DNA of 62,500 bases, the filler included, from Choristocarpus tenellus KU-1152 (Eukaryota; Protista; Phaeophyceae): assembly GCA_964200185.2 (NCBI GenBank). It is 9 parts of 9 records of this genome, joined end to end, with 100 filler letters (N's around TTAATTAATTAA, not from the genome) between each part and the next. Parts side by side here need not be neighbours in the genome. Positions count along the whole stretch, not along the records: positions 40,731 to 45,799 come from CAXNAD020011982.1; positions 45,900 to 51,629 come from CAXNAD020009892.1; positions 51,730 to 62,500 come from CAXNAD020002722.1; 6 more parts are not named here. The stretch is one strand, 5' to 3'. Positions within the stretch are counted from its first letter, which is position 1. Each line of letters begins with the position of its first letter. Positions 41,475 through 53,839 of this stretch are shown here, in pieces. The notes beneath the pieces are model-generated. The model did no database searches, was not told where the DNA came from, and saw nothing but the letters and a program-made list of their open reading frames with translations. The position numbers were made by a program, and so were the translations under genes.

Positions 41475-44400
41475 TACACTTAAGGCAGAGTTGAGATCGA
41501 TGTCTTGAAAGGGGTGACCACTATAGTCGATCGATGTAGAGTCAAACGTCAAAGTCACCAGTCGTATCAGATAAAAAACAAACAAATCTCTAGTCTGCAC
41601 CAGCATCTATGTGTCAACTAGGTAGTGAAATACTGAGTCTGTATGCTAGGAAAATGTTCGTGGATAGTGATGCTTTTACACTATAGACACTGGTGGAGTA
41701 GATAATAAGATGGGAACCATTGATAGATATACCATATGTGTCGACTCACTAGTGTCCACTGATTGTGTTATGTTGTAGGTACGCTTGTTATACTGAAGAC
41801 AAGTGTGTAAGTGATTCATAGAAAGTTAGTGTGGATGATTGCAAACCCCACACTATAGAATGAGTAATGGGTGCCACCAGTTGGGAGCCCCATGTGTTCA
41901 GTCAACGGAACTGAGGCCATACGCTCCTTGCAACATAAACATTATATATTCACACCAATAGACATTGTCTACTATCAAGGTACACGATTAATCATCTTAA
42001 CTGTGGGGCCAGTGTGGAATACTTCAACATAATAGACTACTAATCCATGAAGAAGGAAGAATATCAACATAGAAAGCTCCATATACAGTAGGTGTGGACA
42101 TGGCTGCACAGTCACACATCAAGGGAAGATCACTAGGGAGCAGGGAAGGTGTTACGAGGTAATGGCGCTGGGAAGGATCCATATATATATATATTTGTCG
42201 GTACGAGGAGCATATGTTTTAATATCCCACCTTGATGCCCGTCTTGTCTACGTGCTGTAGGGGGTCCTTGTGTAGACGATAGGTGCCCTGCCAGTGGATT
42301 GGCAGCTAAAGATGAGCGACACTCCAGCCAAGGATGATTCCTTTTATAATCAGTATGCACATTGAGTGCTCTTGAGACCTTTTCTTACTGTCCCGAGAGT
42401 AGCTTGTGTTTCCGTTCTTTACAGTGCTGTCCGTAACTTAACCCTTTACGTGTTGATCTGAATATGGGTAGGTAGTAGAGAAGATGAGTGATCGCCTCAC
42501 TTCCTCATAGCTGATGTTATCAGCTAGCTGTACAGGGACCTCACTCTCCAGGCGTTCTCCAAGGATTCATTGCAATTTAGCCATTCCTCATGCCATCCTG
42601 TTCGCTTTCACTTCCTTACCATCCACAATTTCCGATGCTGACCAATGGATAAGTACAAATCATAACAATTTATTATTCTTGGTAAGTGTTGAAAATATAT
42701 TGTGCGTTTCACTGCTTCGGATGTGGCCATGGAACGCTCGGAGCTTCATACCCTCTCCCTGTGATGTCCTATAGGCCTTTCCTCCAACATGGCCAATGAC
42801 AACAGTCTCCATGTTGACCAGGTCGCCAATGTCCCATTGCACTCATCCATACAGGTAATTTCTTCAGACCATTTTCCATAATTTGTAAGTTCATAACCTT
42901 TACAGACTTACTTGGTAGACTGTGATTTGTGTAAGTAGTGAAGACATGATCGGGATAGAAGTCGGGACAGGAAGGGGATGGAAACCTCACATACTCTCTC
43001 TTAGCTAACCATCAAAGTCACATAGGGTTTGTACAACGCAAGTGTGCGAAATCGAGGGTGTAATCTGGGTCATGTGCAGTGATGTGATTTATCTCTCTAT
43101 TCCTGTAAGATGAACACATGCAACCATCAATCATGATTTATTGTCTCTCACAACAACCACAAAAAATGTGTTGGTGCTGATTGTTTATCAATACAATTGA
43201 TGTTCTGCCAATAAACTTGGTGTTTCAGAAGAGATACTAAAGTACAATTATCAAAGTATATTGTTCTCAACTACAATACTCATCTTTCATATATCAAGTC
43301 CAAATTGCATTATACCCTGTGTATAGCGTACGTATGAAGGTTGAACTCGCATGTTTATCGTGTCAGCGAACTTTCTTCGCCTGAAGGTCCCTTATACCCC
43401 TGTTGTGTCCTTGTCTAACCTTACCTCATCCTCTTGGTTAGGGTCTGTCTTGATCGTCTGCTCCGTCTTGCCCAGGTTGCACCTCTTGGTGCTCCACCCT
43501 CAACATTGTGTGAGGTTTATATTCTTGAGCAAACAATCACATAAACTAAGATTGACGGCGGAAAATTTATAGAAATTATTTCAAGCTTTTGATGGGACGA
43601 CAGACGTTTTCTACGAAATAGTAAAAGGCGCCAGGTGTTGCTCTGACAACGTACGCTAGGCACAAAGCCCTTTTCTATACAATGGATGAGATGTTGTAAA
43701 GGAATGGACCCGGGGAATATATGATTACAGATGTTGTCGGGCAACTAACTGGCCCCGAATGATATCCTGGTAAACTACGAAGAAATTGCATCCGTCTTAC
43801 TTCCTTGTAGTGTACTTTGTCCAGTAAAAAAGTCTTGGGGATATTTGCCCAATTTTAAGGTCTGTTGTCCACAAATTGTTGCGCTGTTGCTGTATATGAC
43901 GGATGCTGAAGCGTTAAACCGTCTTATGATTATTATGTTGTCTTGGGTGTGTACCAAATAATGTTTGTACGAAGTATTTATAAACATCGTATGTTTTGAC
44001 AATCAATCGTCTTCATGACATCTGAGTGAGGTGCCTTCTAGTGTCCCTTTCTTCAACTACATTATGGATAGAGTGCCGTTTTCCTCTCCTTTTCAATTCT
44101 TCGTATCATTGCTTTTCGGAATTAGTGAGGAGTGTTGAATTTTGGTTACATTTATCCTCGTAGTAGATAGGATGTAGATCATACTATTAAAATACTTTTT
44201 TTAGTTTAAGGTCATTTAAAAAATCTACATCGGACACCAGCAATCAAATTTAAAACCTTTTTTTATCCTACCACCAAGAATATTATGGAAGTTGATGCAT
44301 TATTAATCAACCTCTTGATTATTATGTATCCCTTCATCCATTCAATATTGTACTTAGTTAGGTGGTAGTGCTAATAGAAGCCACCACGCAAAGTGCTTAG

Positions 44401-45129
44401 AAAAAGGTCGCCAAGTGGACTGCAACGTTGTGTCCTACCTCAATTTGCGTGGTAGTGATCTATTGTGGAGTCCTTTTCAGGTATGACTATGTTCGTCTTG
44501 GAGTAAACACCCCACTCAACAGCAGAGCATTCGTGATATGACTGTTGTCTTCTCCACCTTCTACTCGTTGCTAAAAAAAAAATCCTGTTGTAAAATGTGT
44601 CCTTCAGTGACAGTGTGGTTCACTCAGATAAGGATGGCAAAGAGAATCACTGGATGTCAGGACTCCCCTTTCTGTGAGGGGATAAAGTACTCATAGTAGT
44701 GGTAGTGGAAAGGACGTTTGACTTTTTATCGAAATTGCGCTGCTTTCATCTTAGTATCATAACACCCCCTTGCTAACAAGGCAATTTTATACAGTTAATT
44801 GAATACGAAATTTTTTTGTAGTAAGAAGAATTGTAAGGCCACTGTAAAGGAAAATAACCCTCCCACAACCAGCGTTTTCTCTTAACAGGATGTGATGTTA
44901 TTTGAATAGGGGTGGTCATTTCCCTTATATTAGGTATATTTGGTCAGCCATACGTCATTCTCGAATATCTGTTGACTATAAATTTTACAATAATTATAAA
45001 AATTATAGAAATTTTGTCTATTTCTCTCTACTATTATAATTTTTTTTATTACTATTATAATCATCAATGCCAAAATGTTGGTTACGCATTAATATTGTTA
45101 CTATGATTATTTGTAGTAATATGTAATAT

Positions 45130-45230
45130 ACAAAAATGGTCCAGGAGTCTTCTATGCGCAAAAAAGTGAAAGGCATTATTTTCAAAATGCTTGATCAGAG
45201 CATCATCCGTCCTCTCTCATCTTCTTGGTA
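45130..45230 (+). mobile_element. Small Gypsy RT-start relic
   Basis: KVKGIIFKMLDQSIIRPLSSSW resembles the MLxxGIIRPSxSPW motif. Confidence 0.5.
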
Positions 45231-46165
45231 AAATTCATATACAGATATACAACGTATATCTATTGTGTTCTCTGACTGAGAAATCAGCAATGGAGAGAAG
45301 TTCAGAGATAAAGTGGAGGAGTTCTAGGATACAAAGGCTGTTTATTTTCTGAATTTCTCTCTTGCAGACACTTCACTTGTTCTGAGAAAGGGTGAGGATC
45401 AAAACGTGCAAGTGAATCTGTCTTGCGGCATAAAACTTCCTTCAATTCTATTGTTTCTATATATGTAGTAAGTGGTTACAATTTTTCCTAATCTCTCTTC
45501 TAATATCACATATTATGTTATCAAGATTAACATTATTTTTTTAAGAGCTATCCAAACACCCTCCTTCACTATTGGCGGAAAACTTCGAAAACATGGTTAA
45601 TACAAGCACAAATTTCTTGTTCTGCACTGTTTACTCTGAGTAGATCAATTTACTTGTAGGTAGAGAAAGAGAATCATGAAAGAAATCTGGTGTCTGAGGA
45701 CTACTGCAGCAGTCAGCAGATTAACAGCCGATCACCAAAATTGAGGATGGAGCATACTATGGAGGATGAGTTTGACCCAAAATGGTGCGCGGAAAGCGCN
45801 NNNNNNNNNNNNNNNNNNNNNNNNNNNNNNNNNNNNNNNNNNNTTAATTAATTAANNNNNNNNNNNNNNNNNNNNNNNNNNNNNNNNNNNNNNNNNNNNT
45901 TTTTGTCCGAAACGGGCCCCCCCCTCAAAAACCCCCCCCCCCCCCCAAGATACTTTCACCCAATCCACAGGTGAAAAGAGACCTCGTGTTGAGGGAGGAT
46001 GTAGGGTACAAAATATCTGGACATCATCAAATACTCTGAGGGCGTTACCCTGAACACCAGTGACGAACACACAGGCAAGCAATTACATCATTGTACAACA
46101 CCGCCGTAGGTTAACATCCAAACATGGTTCCCTACACCAAATACACAACCTAGGCTCTCACAGAT

Positions 46166-46423
46166 GAGCGAAGGTATCTTAGAGGGTAGGAGTTTTGCCC
46201 TGTTTGTACATTTGGGGCTTGGCTTCCCATGGGTTTTTTATTTACATTTTCCTTCTCCAAAATGTTTCGGAGTAGGTAAAATGTATACGTTATGAAAAGG
46301 CGTGTCCGGAACATGGATATTGACACTTCCAAACAAACACGATAGCCAGAATTACATCAAAATCGCAACATTGGATTTTGGCCCCAAAAGGACGCGGCTC
46401 TACCCTCTAAGATACTTTGGCTC
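46166..46423. mobile_element. MITE family B
   Basis: GAGCGAAGGTATCT...AGATACTTTGGCTC; flanked by AGAT/AGAT. Confidence 0.92.
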
Positions 46424-46784
46424 AGATCCTACCGACGTTTGACAGTTTCACAACGAACATTGTCACAGGGTTCTCCGTCCAGTTCTTTCAAAGGGTGCGA
46501 AGTTGCTCGTCGAACACATTGTTTCATACTTTCGCTGTGTTGTACCGATCGACAGAACCCGGCAAAAGAAGAGAAATTATGTCGCGGTTACATGCTAGTC
46601 CTGTACGCATCCTCTTCACCCTATGTTACCAGCCCTATTCGTCTTCCTGTTTTGTGGGCTCGAATAATCGGCACACCTTTAAAGAACCGCTAGTACTCTG
46701 GCCCATCCATCCTTTCCTCAGCCCCCCCATCCTCTTCTGTATCCTGCCCTGCTTACTCCTTCGCACAAACCTCTATATCATCCC

Positions 46785-48574
46785 TTGCCCCCTAACGCTA
46801 ACCCCTCTTCCCGTTGTTTTGCCTCCTACTTCGCCACGTCCTTTGCCTACTCCTCCACCATTACAGAGATAACACAAGTCACAAAGATTGTGATCACACC
46901 AGAGAAAAATGCCACGTCCGAGCACGACTTTGACAAGTTCAAGTCCGAAACGAGCGCCACCCACGAGAGAGAAGTCGCCCTTCTCCAGAACCGACCAGGA
47001 GGCATGGCAATCACATCCACTGCCCTTGGGGACAACCTCGATCCGGAATATATCCAACTCCTCATAGACGAACTCTCCACCTTCCGCAATTTTACACTGG
47101 GAAGACAACATTAGCTGGTGGCGTGTCCACGCCTATACCTTGTGGAAGACCAAACCCACCAGATGCTGAAGAGGAACAAGATAGTCCATCGCCTAGCCCT
47201 GCAGTAGAGACGGGAAGCAGGATTCTACGAAGGGGGAGGCATACAATTACACCCTCGGAACACGACTCTGAAGGCGATGGGGGCCAACCCGTTTGTAACG
47301 CTTTCACATGTCCAGAGGAACTTGCGCAGGAGAACGCGAGGGGGCGGCTAGGCAAGGACTCAGAGTACACGCCTGTCAGGAGTGACACAGGGATGTCCCC
47401 GAACGCCCATTCTGTGGACAGCGGCGGAACTGAGTCAGAAGTACCAGGGAACATGTACGACCATAGTGTGAGGCCAAGTGAGAACTGCGTCCATGCCGAT
47501 AATACCACAACCCCGAGGGACAAGCCTTCCGAGAAGGTCAAAGGGAAGTGCAAAAGGACCCTGATTAGGAAAAAGAGGGTTAGAGAAGACTCTGAAGACG
47601 AGGTGGACCAACCCGATTGTGACGCTTTCACATGTCCAGAGGAACCTGCACAGGAGGACGTGAGGGGGTGGCTAGGCAAGGACTCAGAGTACACGCCTGT
47701 CAGGGGTGACACAGGGATGTTCCCGAACGCCCATTCAGTGGACAGCGGCGGAACTGAGTCAGAAGTACCAGGGAACATGTACGACCATAGTGTGAGGCCA
47801 AGTGAGAACTGCATCCATACCGATAATACCCCAACCCCGAGGGACAAGCCTTCCGAGAAGGGCAAAGTCCGGAGTTTTAGGACACCAATTACTAATTAGA
47901 GGGCGAGAGAAGGTGCTGGACAGACGAGACCCTTCAAACAGCCTGGCGGTCCTCATGGCAGCACTTTAGAACCTGACTTCTTCAACGACGTCTTCGCTTC
48001 TGCCAAAATGGGCAGATACGCGGTGCATCCGTGTTCATCCACATCGAGGTACGACGATGACGACGAAAGATCAGCCGATGGTGACGAGGATTGTGTTACA
48101 CAGGACGCGGCCGACTCCGGTGATGCATCCAATGTGGGGATCGCCAAAGCCTTCATGGAGGCGTGCGTTACCGAGCTCCTACGATCGGCAACGAAACCTG
48201 CTTCTTCACAGTATCGAGTACAGACTCAAATCCTCACCCATGTCATATACGATCATGGATTCAGGCTCATCAAGGCCGGTAAAGGGGCCGTTTCTCTTGT
48301 TTTCGGGGATGAATGCTACGTCCACAAGCCCACACAGGTTAAACTCAGCGATCGTGGAGGGAAACCAGGCAATACGTTGCGTCCCGAGCATGTGGAAGCG
48401 CTCCAGGTGAAGAAGGCTATCTTCTTGAGCCTCGTGAAGCCCGAACCTTGGAACGCCAAGTACTCCACACGCCTATGTCAATGGCACCTTCTTGTCATGG
48501 CATATCCTAAGCTTGAAGAGTGGTGGGAGAAGGGGGACGAATGCAATTTCGAGTCCGCCCAGCAATTGAAATAG
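46785..48574 (+). pseudogene. Interrupted intronless ORF of unknown family, probably TE-derived, with a 324-bp internal tandem duplication
   Basis: Three consecutive ORFs separated by one frameshift and one in-frame stop. Repeat units start at 47264 and 47588. A partial copy lies at about 56345-56570 (-). Confidence 0.55.
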
Positions 48575-49919
48575 GGCTTCGGTCGTTTCGATTTTTTGTT
48601 GAAGTACGGATAGAGTTGCAGGTTGTGCTGATTTCTGCATCAGTGTAGTATCTTGCCTTGGTGTCCGACTACCATGTTCATGCACTTTACATTCCATGAG
48701 TTAAGCATTTAGATAGTGGTATCGGGTACATTGCTACCAGTTAGAGTGGTCAGCGCATCATATATCATACTCACGTTGAGGATCAGACCTACCCGTCTTA
48801 TTATTTGTTTTAAAGAGCGTGTCTGCTACAATGTTACAGCCCTGAAATATAATACATCAATCAAACAACTCTTCTCCATCTGCTCAGCTAACCTTTCCAA
48901 ACGATTCGCCAGGGGCAGCGATGAATACCCTGTCCTTCTGTGAGCCACTATTTATTCCTTGTACACTATAACGCACCTCCCCTCATTCTTCTCAGTACTC
49001 TATTCACCACCTCTTGCTTTGCCCAAGTGTTGACAAACTAGTTTCGATCAAGTGTAGTCATTCGAATCTTGGAGGATCATATAACTAAGTCTACGCACGA
49101 TACCCTAACCACAGCACCAACCCAGGACCTGTGGAAGTGTATCTTGAACTACTTTCCACGGAACGTACGACAATAGTCCTTGACCAATAACCACGACCAA
49201 CATACATAAACCAATAAACCTGTTTGAGCAGACTCGAAATCCGACTCATGCAAACGTTGAAACTCCTAGCCAAACCCAATTAAATGGTGGCATATTTCCC
49301 CGTTCCTCTTGCGTACACAAGGACAGAAATGAACCTAACCAACAGTCTTCTTCTTTTGCTGACATTTCAAAACCGACACGTGCGACCAAATCACACCAAA
49401 AAGTGAAAATCGAAAAAGGGTGAAAAACGGACGCCGCCCCCCCCCCCTCCCTAGATACTTTGACCCATCTTTTACATCAACAACTTTTATTTTACAGAGT
49501 TCTCAGTGATTTTGTTTAGTTTTTTCCTTGAAACATCTGGAAATGTTAAGAGGGCATAACAATGTTTAGACTCACTACCAGCAGATCTCTAGGGAGGGAG
49601 GAGGTATGCAAAAGAGAGCTATTCCAATAGTCTTTGCTTTATATTGTATGGATTTATTTATTAGCGGAGTGAGCACAGCCCTTGGTGGCGGACGTCATCA
49701 GACACGTCAAAATGTGTCTGTGTCAGTCGCACTACGTCAGCCGCTTAAATTGAATAAAAGAAAAAATTAATACATCGTGAATCGAACCTGCGACTCTACA
49801 CTTAATAATACAAATTCTTAACCCTTACTCTACTCAGTCAATACTTCTTACGTATTTAACTGTTCACTAAAAATATAAATAGCTATAGCCTGCCTAGCCT
49901 ATATTGCACAGGAGGCCCT

Positions 49920-50545
49920 ATCCAACAGGTGTCCTGTGGTCGGGTGCAGGAGGCATATTTTTGACACCCAACATGCTTTTATCTGTCCTAGGGCAGGTGG
50001 CCAGATACACCACCACACAGCGACGGTTAAGCGTCTAGGTCAACTCTGCAAGGAAATGGGCATCCCTCGCACTATGGAGGATGGTAGCTCATTCACAGTG
50101 GACCGGAACTTTCGCATGGATGTGGTCTTTCATGCTTGGGCACTTGCGGGCGCTGGATCAACTCCCTACCGAGACAGAGGTCTCCTCCTGGATGTTGTGT
50201 TTCCAGAAGTACAAGCAGCCTCCCATCTGCCACACTCATCCACCAGCAATGGTGTAGATGCTGCCGCAGCTGAGGCGTGAAAGCGCACGCACTATGAGGG
50301 TTCTATTGACCCTCGTAGTTTTAACCTGAACACCTTCTAAGTGGGAAGTTTTGGATGTGCCTTGGCAAGCAAGCAGAAAGTTTTTAGAGGAGTTGGTTAC
50401 ACATACAATAGGGGGGGAAGAGGCGGGAGGTTACATCAGGAAAGGAGTCGTCAAAATATGCTTACGAGAAATAGTGTCCGTCACTACATGAGTGGCTCTC
50501 TTGAGACGCGTCATGCGTTTCAAGTTAGAGACACCAGGAAGATGG
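49920..50545 (+). mobile_element. CRE/R2-group non-LTR retrotransposon 3' end (zinc knuckle plus restriction-like endonuclease)
   Basis: CPVVGC...HAFIC...RMDVV...LLLDVV...AEA*KRTHY...GSFG matches the CCHC plus RLE layout; contains stops. Confidence 0.85.
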
Positions 50546-50728
50546 GTAAGGAGGTGCCTGCCAGTTTTTTGGGATGTTTCTCTTGCCTGTGGTTGTATAG
50601 GGTAAGCTAGGGTAGAAGTATAGCAACAGTGTACACATAACATTCTAATAACGACCATTGAGTGAGTGTTGTAGTATAGGTGATACTCGAATAGTAATTA
50701 GTCTTTGGAGATGTGTCTTTTCACATTT

Positions 50729-50989
50729 GAGTAAAAGTATCTTAGAGGGTACGAGTTTTGCCCTGTTTGTCTATTTGGGGCTTGGCCTCCCATGGGTTCT
50801 TTTATGACAATTTCCAACTCTAAAATGTTTAGGAGTAGGTAAAGTGTGTATGATATGAAAAGGTGTGTCCGGAACATGGCTATTGACACTTCCTAGCAAA
50901 CACGATAGAGCCAAAATTACATCGAAATTGCAACATTGGATTTTAACCCCCAAATGGACGCGACTCTACCCTCTAAGATACTTTGACTC
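50729..50989. mobile_element. MITE family B
   Basis: GAGTAAAAGTATCT...AGATACTTTGACTC; flanks TTT/TTT. Confidence 0.9.
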
Positions 50990-51319
50990 TTTATAACAAG
51001 ACTATTTTCATTGGGACTGTTTTTTCCCTCACACAATTACAAAGTATAAGGGTTGGACCTGTACAAAGTCAACATCCAGGACGTACATACCATCCACATC
51101 CACTTCTACTTTAATTATTATTATGTCCTCTGACATTTTGTAGATGTGTCAGGGGGGAAACAAACGAAAACTATACACATGTCAGTATAAGTACTAAGAA
51201 ATAAAATATCATAAATGTGAAAATACTATAAAACACTGTAAGTGTGAAAAACACTAATATATTTGTTACTTCACCACTATCAATATTGACATATTTCTTC
51301 GAGGGAGGGTGCAACAATA

Positions 51320-51629
51320 GGTCTCTCCACCTAGAGACCCACCAACAAGTACAGGCACAGATGCCTACAAGTGCTGGGGGTCTGGGCCTCTCCTCTATGA
51401 AACATCCCCAACCTGTGGCTTTTGTAGGATCACTGGTGGCTACTCCCCCCACCCTCCTAGCAAGGCAGCAAGGGTCTCACGGTGAGTCCTTCTCACAAGC
51501 TGTACGTACAAGCCCTACAATACACGCTTTAGTATTATCCATACACACCCTCCTTTCTACAGGGGTCCTCTCAGAAGACCTTGCTGAAATCATTGGCTAA
51601 GACTGGGTAACCTGGGGGGGAACAGCACC
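51320..51629 (+). mobile_element. CRE-like non-LTR retrotransposon, post-RT (thumb) fragment
   Basis: QAQMPTSAGGLGLSS...AFVGSL matches the LPxxxGGLG motif. Confidence 0.75.
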
Positions 51630-52946
51630 NNNNNNNNNNNNNNNNNNNNNNNNNNNNNNNNNNNNNNNNNNNNTTAATTAATTAANNNNNNNNNNNNNNN
51701 NNNNNNNNNNNNNNNNNNNNNNNNNNNNNGGAAAGGGGGGGGGTTTGGCTTGGGTAAGCCTTGGGTGGCTGGGGGGGGGGGGGGGGGGGAAGAGAACAAG
51801 AACACATCCGCCACTGAGTGGCCTCACCACCAGGAGGAAAGGTACAGGGAGGGGTTCTGTATTTTGTATAAAGGGGGAAGTGCTTGAGGAGATAGAGGGC
51901 GAGGAGAAGGCTACAACCAGGAGGCCACAGTGGTCCAGCAGCACCAGGAGAAAAGGCACACAGGGGGGCCATTTGGTCTATGTTGGGTAAAAAGAGAAGT
52001 TCTACCATGTAGCAGCTATCTTGGTCCAGTAGCACCAGAAGGAATGGTACAGGGAGGGCTGTGCATTGGTAGCAGGGGCAAGTTGTGAATGGGTAAGAGG
52101 GTGGGTGGGGTGTGCCAAGGAGAGTCTGCACCTGCCTGTTCAAAATTTGATACTTGCACTGAACACATACCCACATCTGTGGGTACTTGCATTAGGGCTG
52201 ACTTCAAAGTGGAGAACAGGGATTCCGAAAGCAACGGTGAAGGCATCGTAGACAGGCCAGGGCCCTGCCAGACAGCATCAAAAACAAAATCAATTCTGCT
52301 CCAAGCACCCCCTCAACAAACAAAACAAAAAAAACTTGAAAAAAAAAAAGGAAGGTTTCACCCCAGGTAGAAGAAAGGAAGTGGGTGGTATCTGGTAAGT
52401 GGTATCTGAGGATAGGCACAGGACAAACTTCTGCAGCGGTATGGCTATTTGCGCAATCGATTGCTTCCCTGAGACGGGCAAAAAGTGACTCTGATTCTTA
52501 CTAGGGTGACCTACAGTCATGCATCTAGCAAAATGCACATAGAGAGCACACACAAATGGTCCTCCTCTCTGACGAGAACAATTGCTGGGGTAAATAAATA
52601 AATAAAAAGCTCCGCTTTTCGTTTCTCAACAAAATGCGAAACTGTTGGCACAATCCGCATATTACAAGCGCCCCCATGACAGTCGCCGACGAGCTAATCT
52701 GCTCTGTTCTGAAGATATAAACCATGATGGAACTCAGGCACCCACCCTACCCAAACTTCCAAAAAAGTATAAAGTATATACCAAAGAGGTTTCCACTCGG
52801 AAGCAGCGTGCACCAAGACAGTGTTTGCATCCTACCCTATTTCACCGTCCTCATGTCTCTTGCATTCCTTGGGCAACTAACTGCTTTCAATTTGCTCGGA
52901 GCAATCTAACCTTCCTCTCCTAATTAAAAGAGATCGAGGTACGGTG

Positions 52947-53014
52947 CAACGCCTTGCATTTATGACAACGCCTTGCATTTATGACAACGCCTTGCATGTA
53001 TGACAACGCCTTGC
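52947..53014. repeat. 19-bp minisatellite, about 3.5 copies
   Basis: CAACGCCTTGCATTTATGA repeated with no spacers. Confidence 0.9.
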
Positions 53015-53548
53015 CTACATTGGTCCAGATCCGCGCGCAGGATTCCTCGCACGTACACACGCCTTTCATCTAGGGCAGCAGTACTCATGCTACATCACTT
53101 CTTCATTCCATGGTCAAATCAGTTCTTCAGAGATGGAGGAAATAATAATAGACACCACACTTCCTGCCCTTTTCGTAGCACCTGAAAAGAACAATTCTTC
53201 TTTTTTTTAAAGTATCATATATATATATATATATATATATTAGCTCTGAAACGAAGAGAAAAAGCTCGTCGTCTTGGGACACACATCCCTCACCGATGAT
53301 GCAAAGAGAGTTTTGATATTCGCACTATTAGATTAACCCATGGCACCCCCCCCCAAAAAAAATTGAAGGATCATTTTCTGCGTCTTCCACGGCAGCAACA
53401 TGCGATGCGATATGTGGGCAGAGTGCTTTCGCGCCTCTGCTTTTTGCAATGACCTGTGTGTGCACAGGCGGCCATGTCCTTCAAACAAACAATAGGAGCA
53501 CCTACAAAAATAAAGCTTTACAATTCAAGCGCTAAAGAGTGCTCAAGT

Positions 53549-53555
53549 GAATAAC

Positions 53556-53593
<38 letters not shown>
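53549..53593. repeat. (AAT)n microsatellite
   Basis: Read directly. Confidence 0.95.
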
Positions 53594-53594
<1 letters not shown>

Positions 53595-53839
53595 GCTCCA
53601 CGAGGATCCCTGCACGCCATTTTATTTCAACCTAAGATTGGAGAATTTCTGCGAACTCACTTAGATGTCATTTGTGTGTACCTGTTCTGGGTCATCACAA
53701 CAAATAACCCCCCAGTCTTCTCTTCTAGCCCCCCCCCGCTACTGCCACACACAGCAAGTACAAGCTGCTGACACATCTTGAGAGCAACCACGCCATCAGA
53801 CACGACAAATGCTCCAATAGATAAACCCTCCATCCTCAC

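Noticed and set aside
41700-44900. Further LTR-retrotransposon relics
   Set aside because: Only faint motif resemblance; too degenerate to call.
47092-47865. 257-aa minus-strand ORF
   Set aside because: Antisense shadow of the plus-strand repeat ORF.
51730-52520. RanBP2-like zinc finger (WVCVQCKY)
   Set aside because: The second Cys pair is absent and the frames are broken.
52947-53014. CRISPR-like array
   Set aside because: The 19-bp units are contiguous with no spacers, and there are no cas genes.
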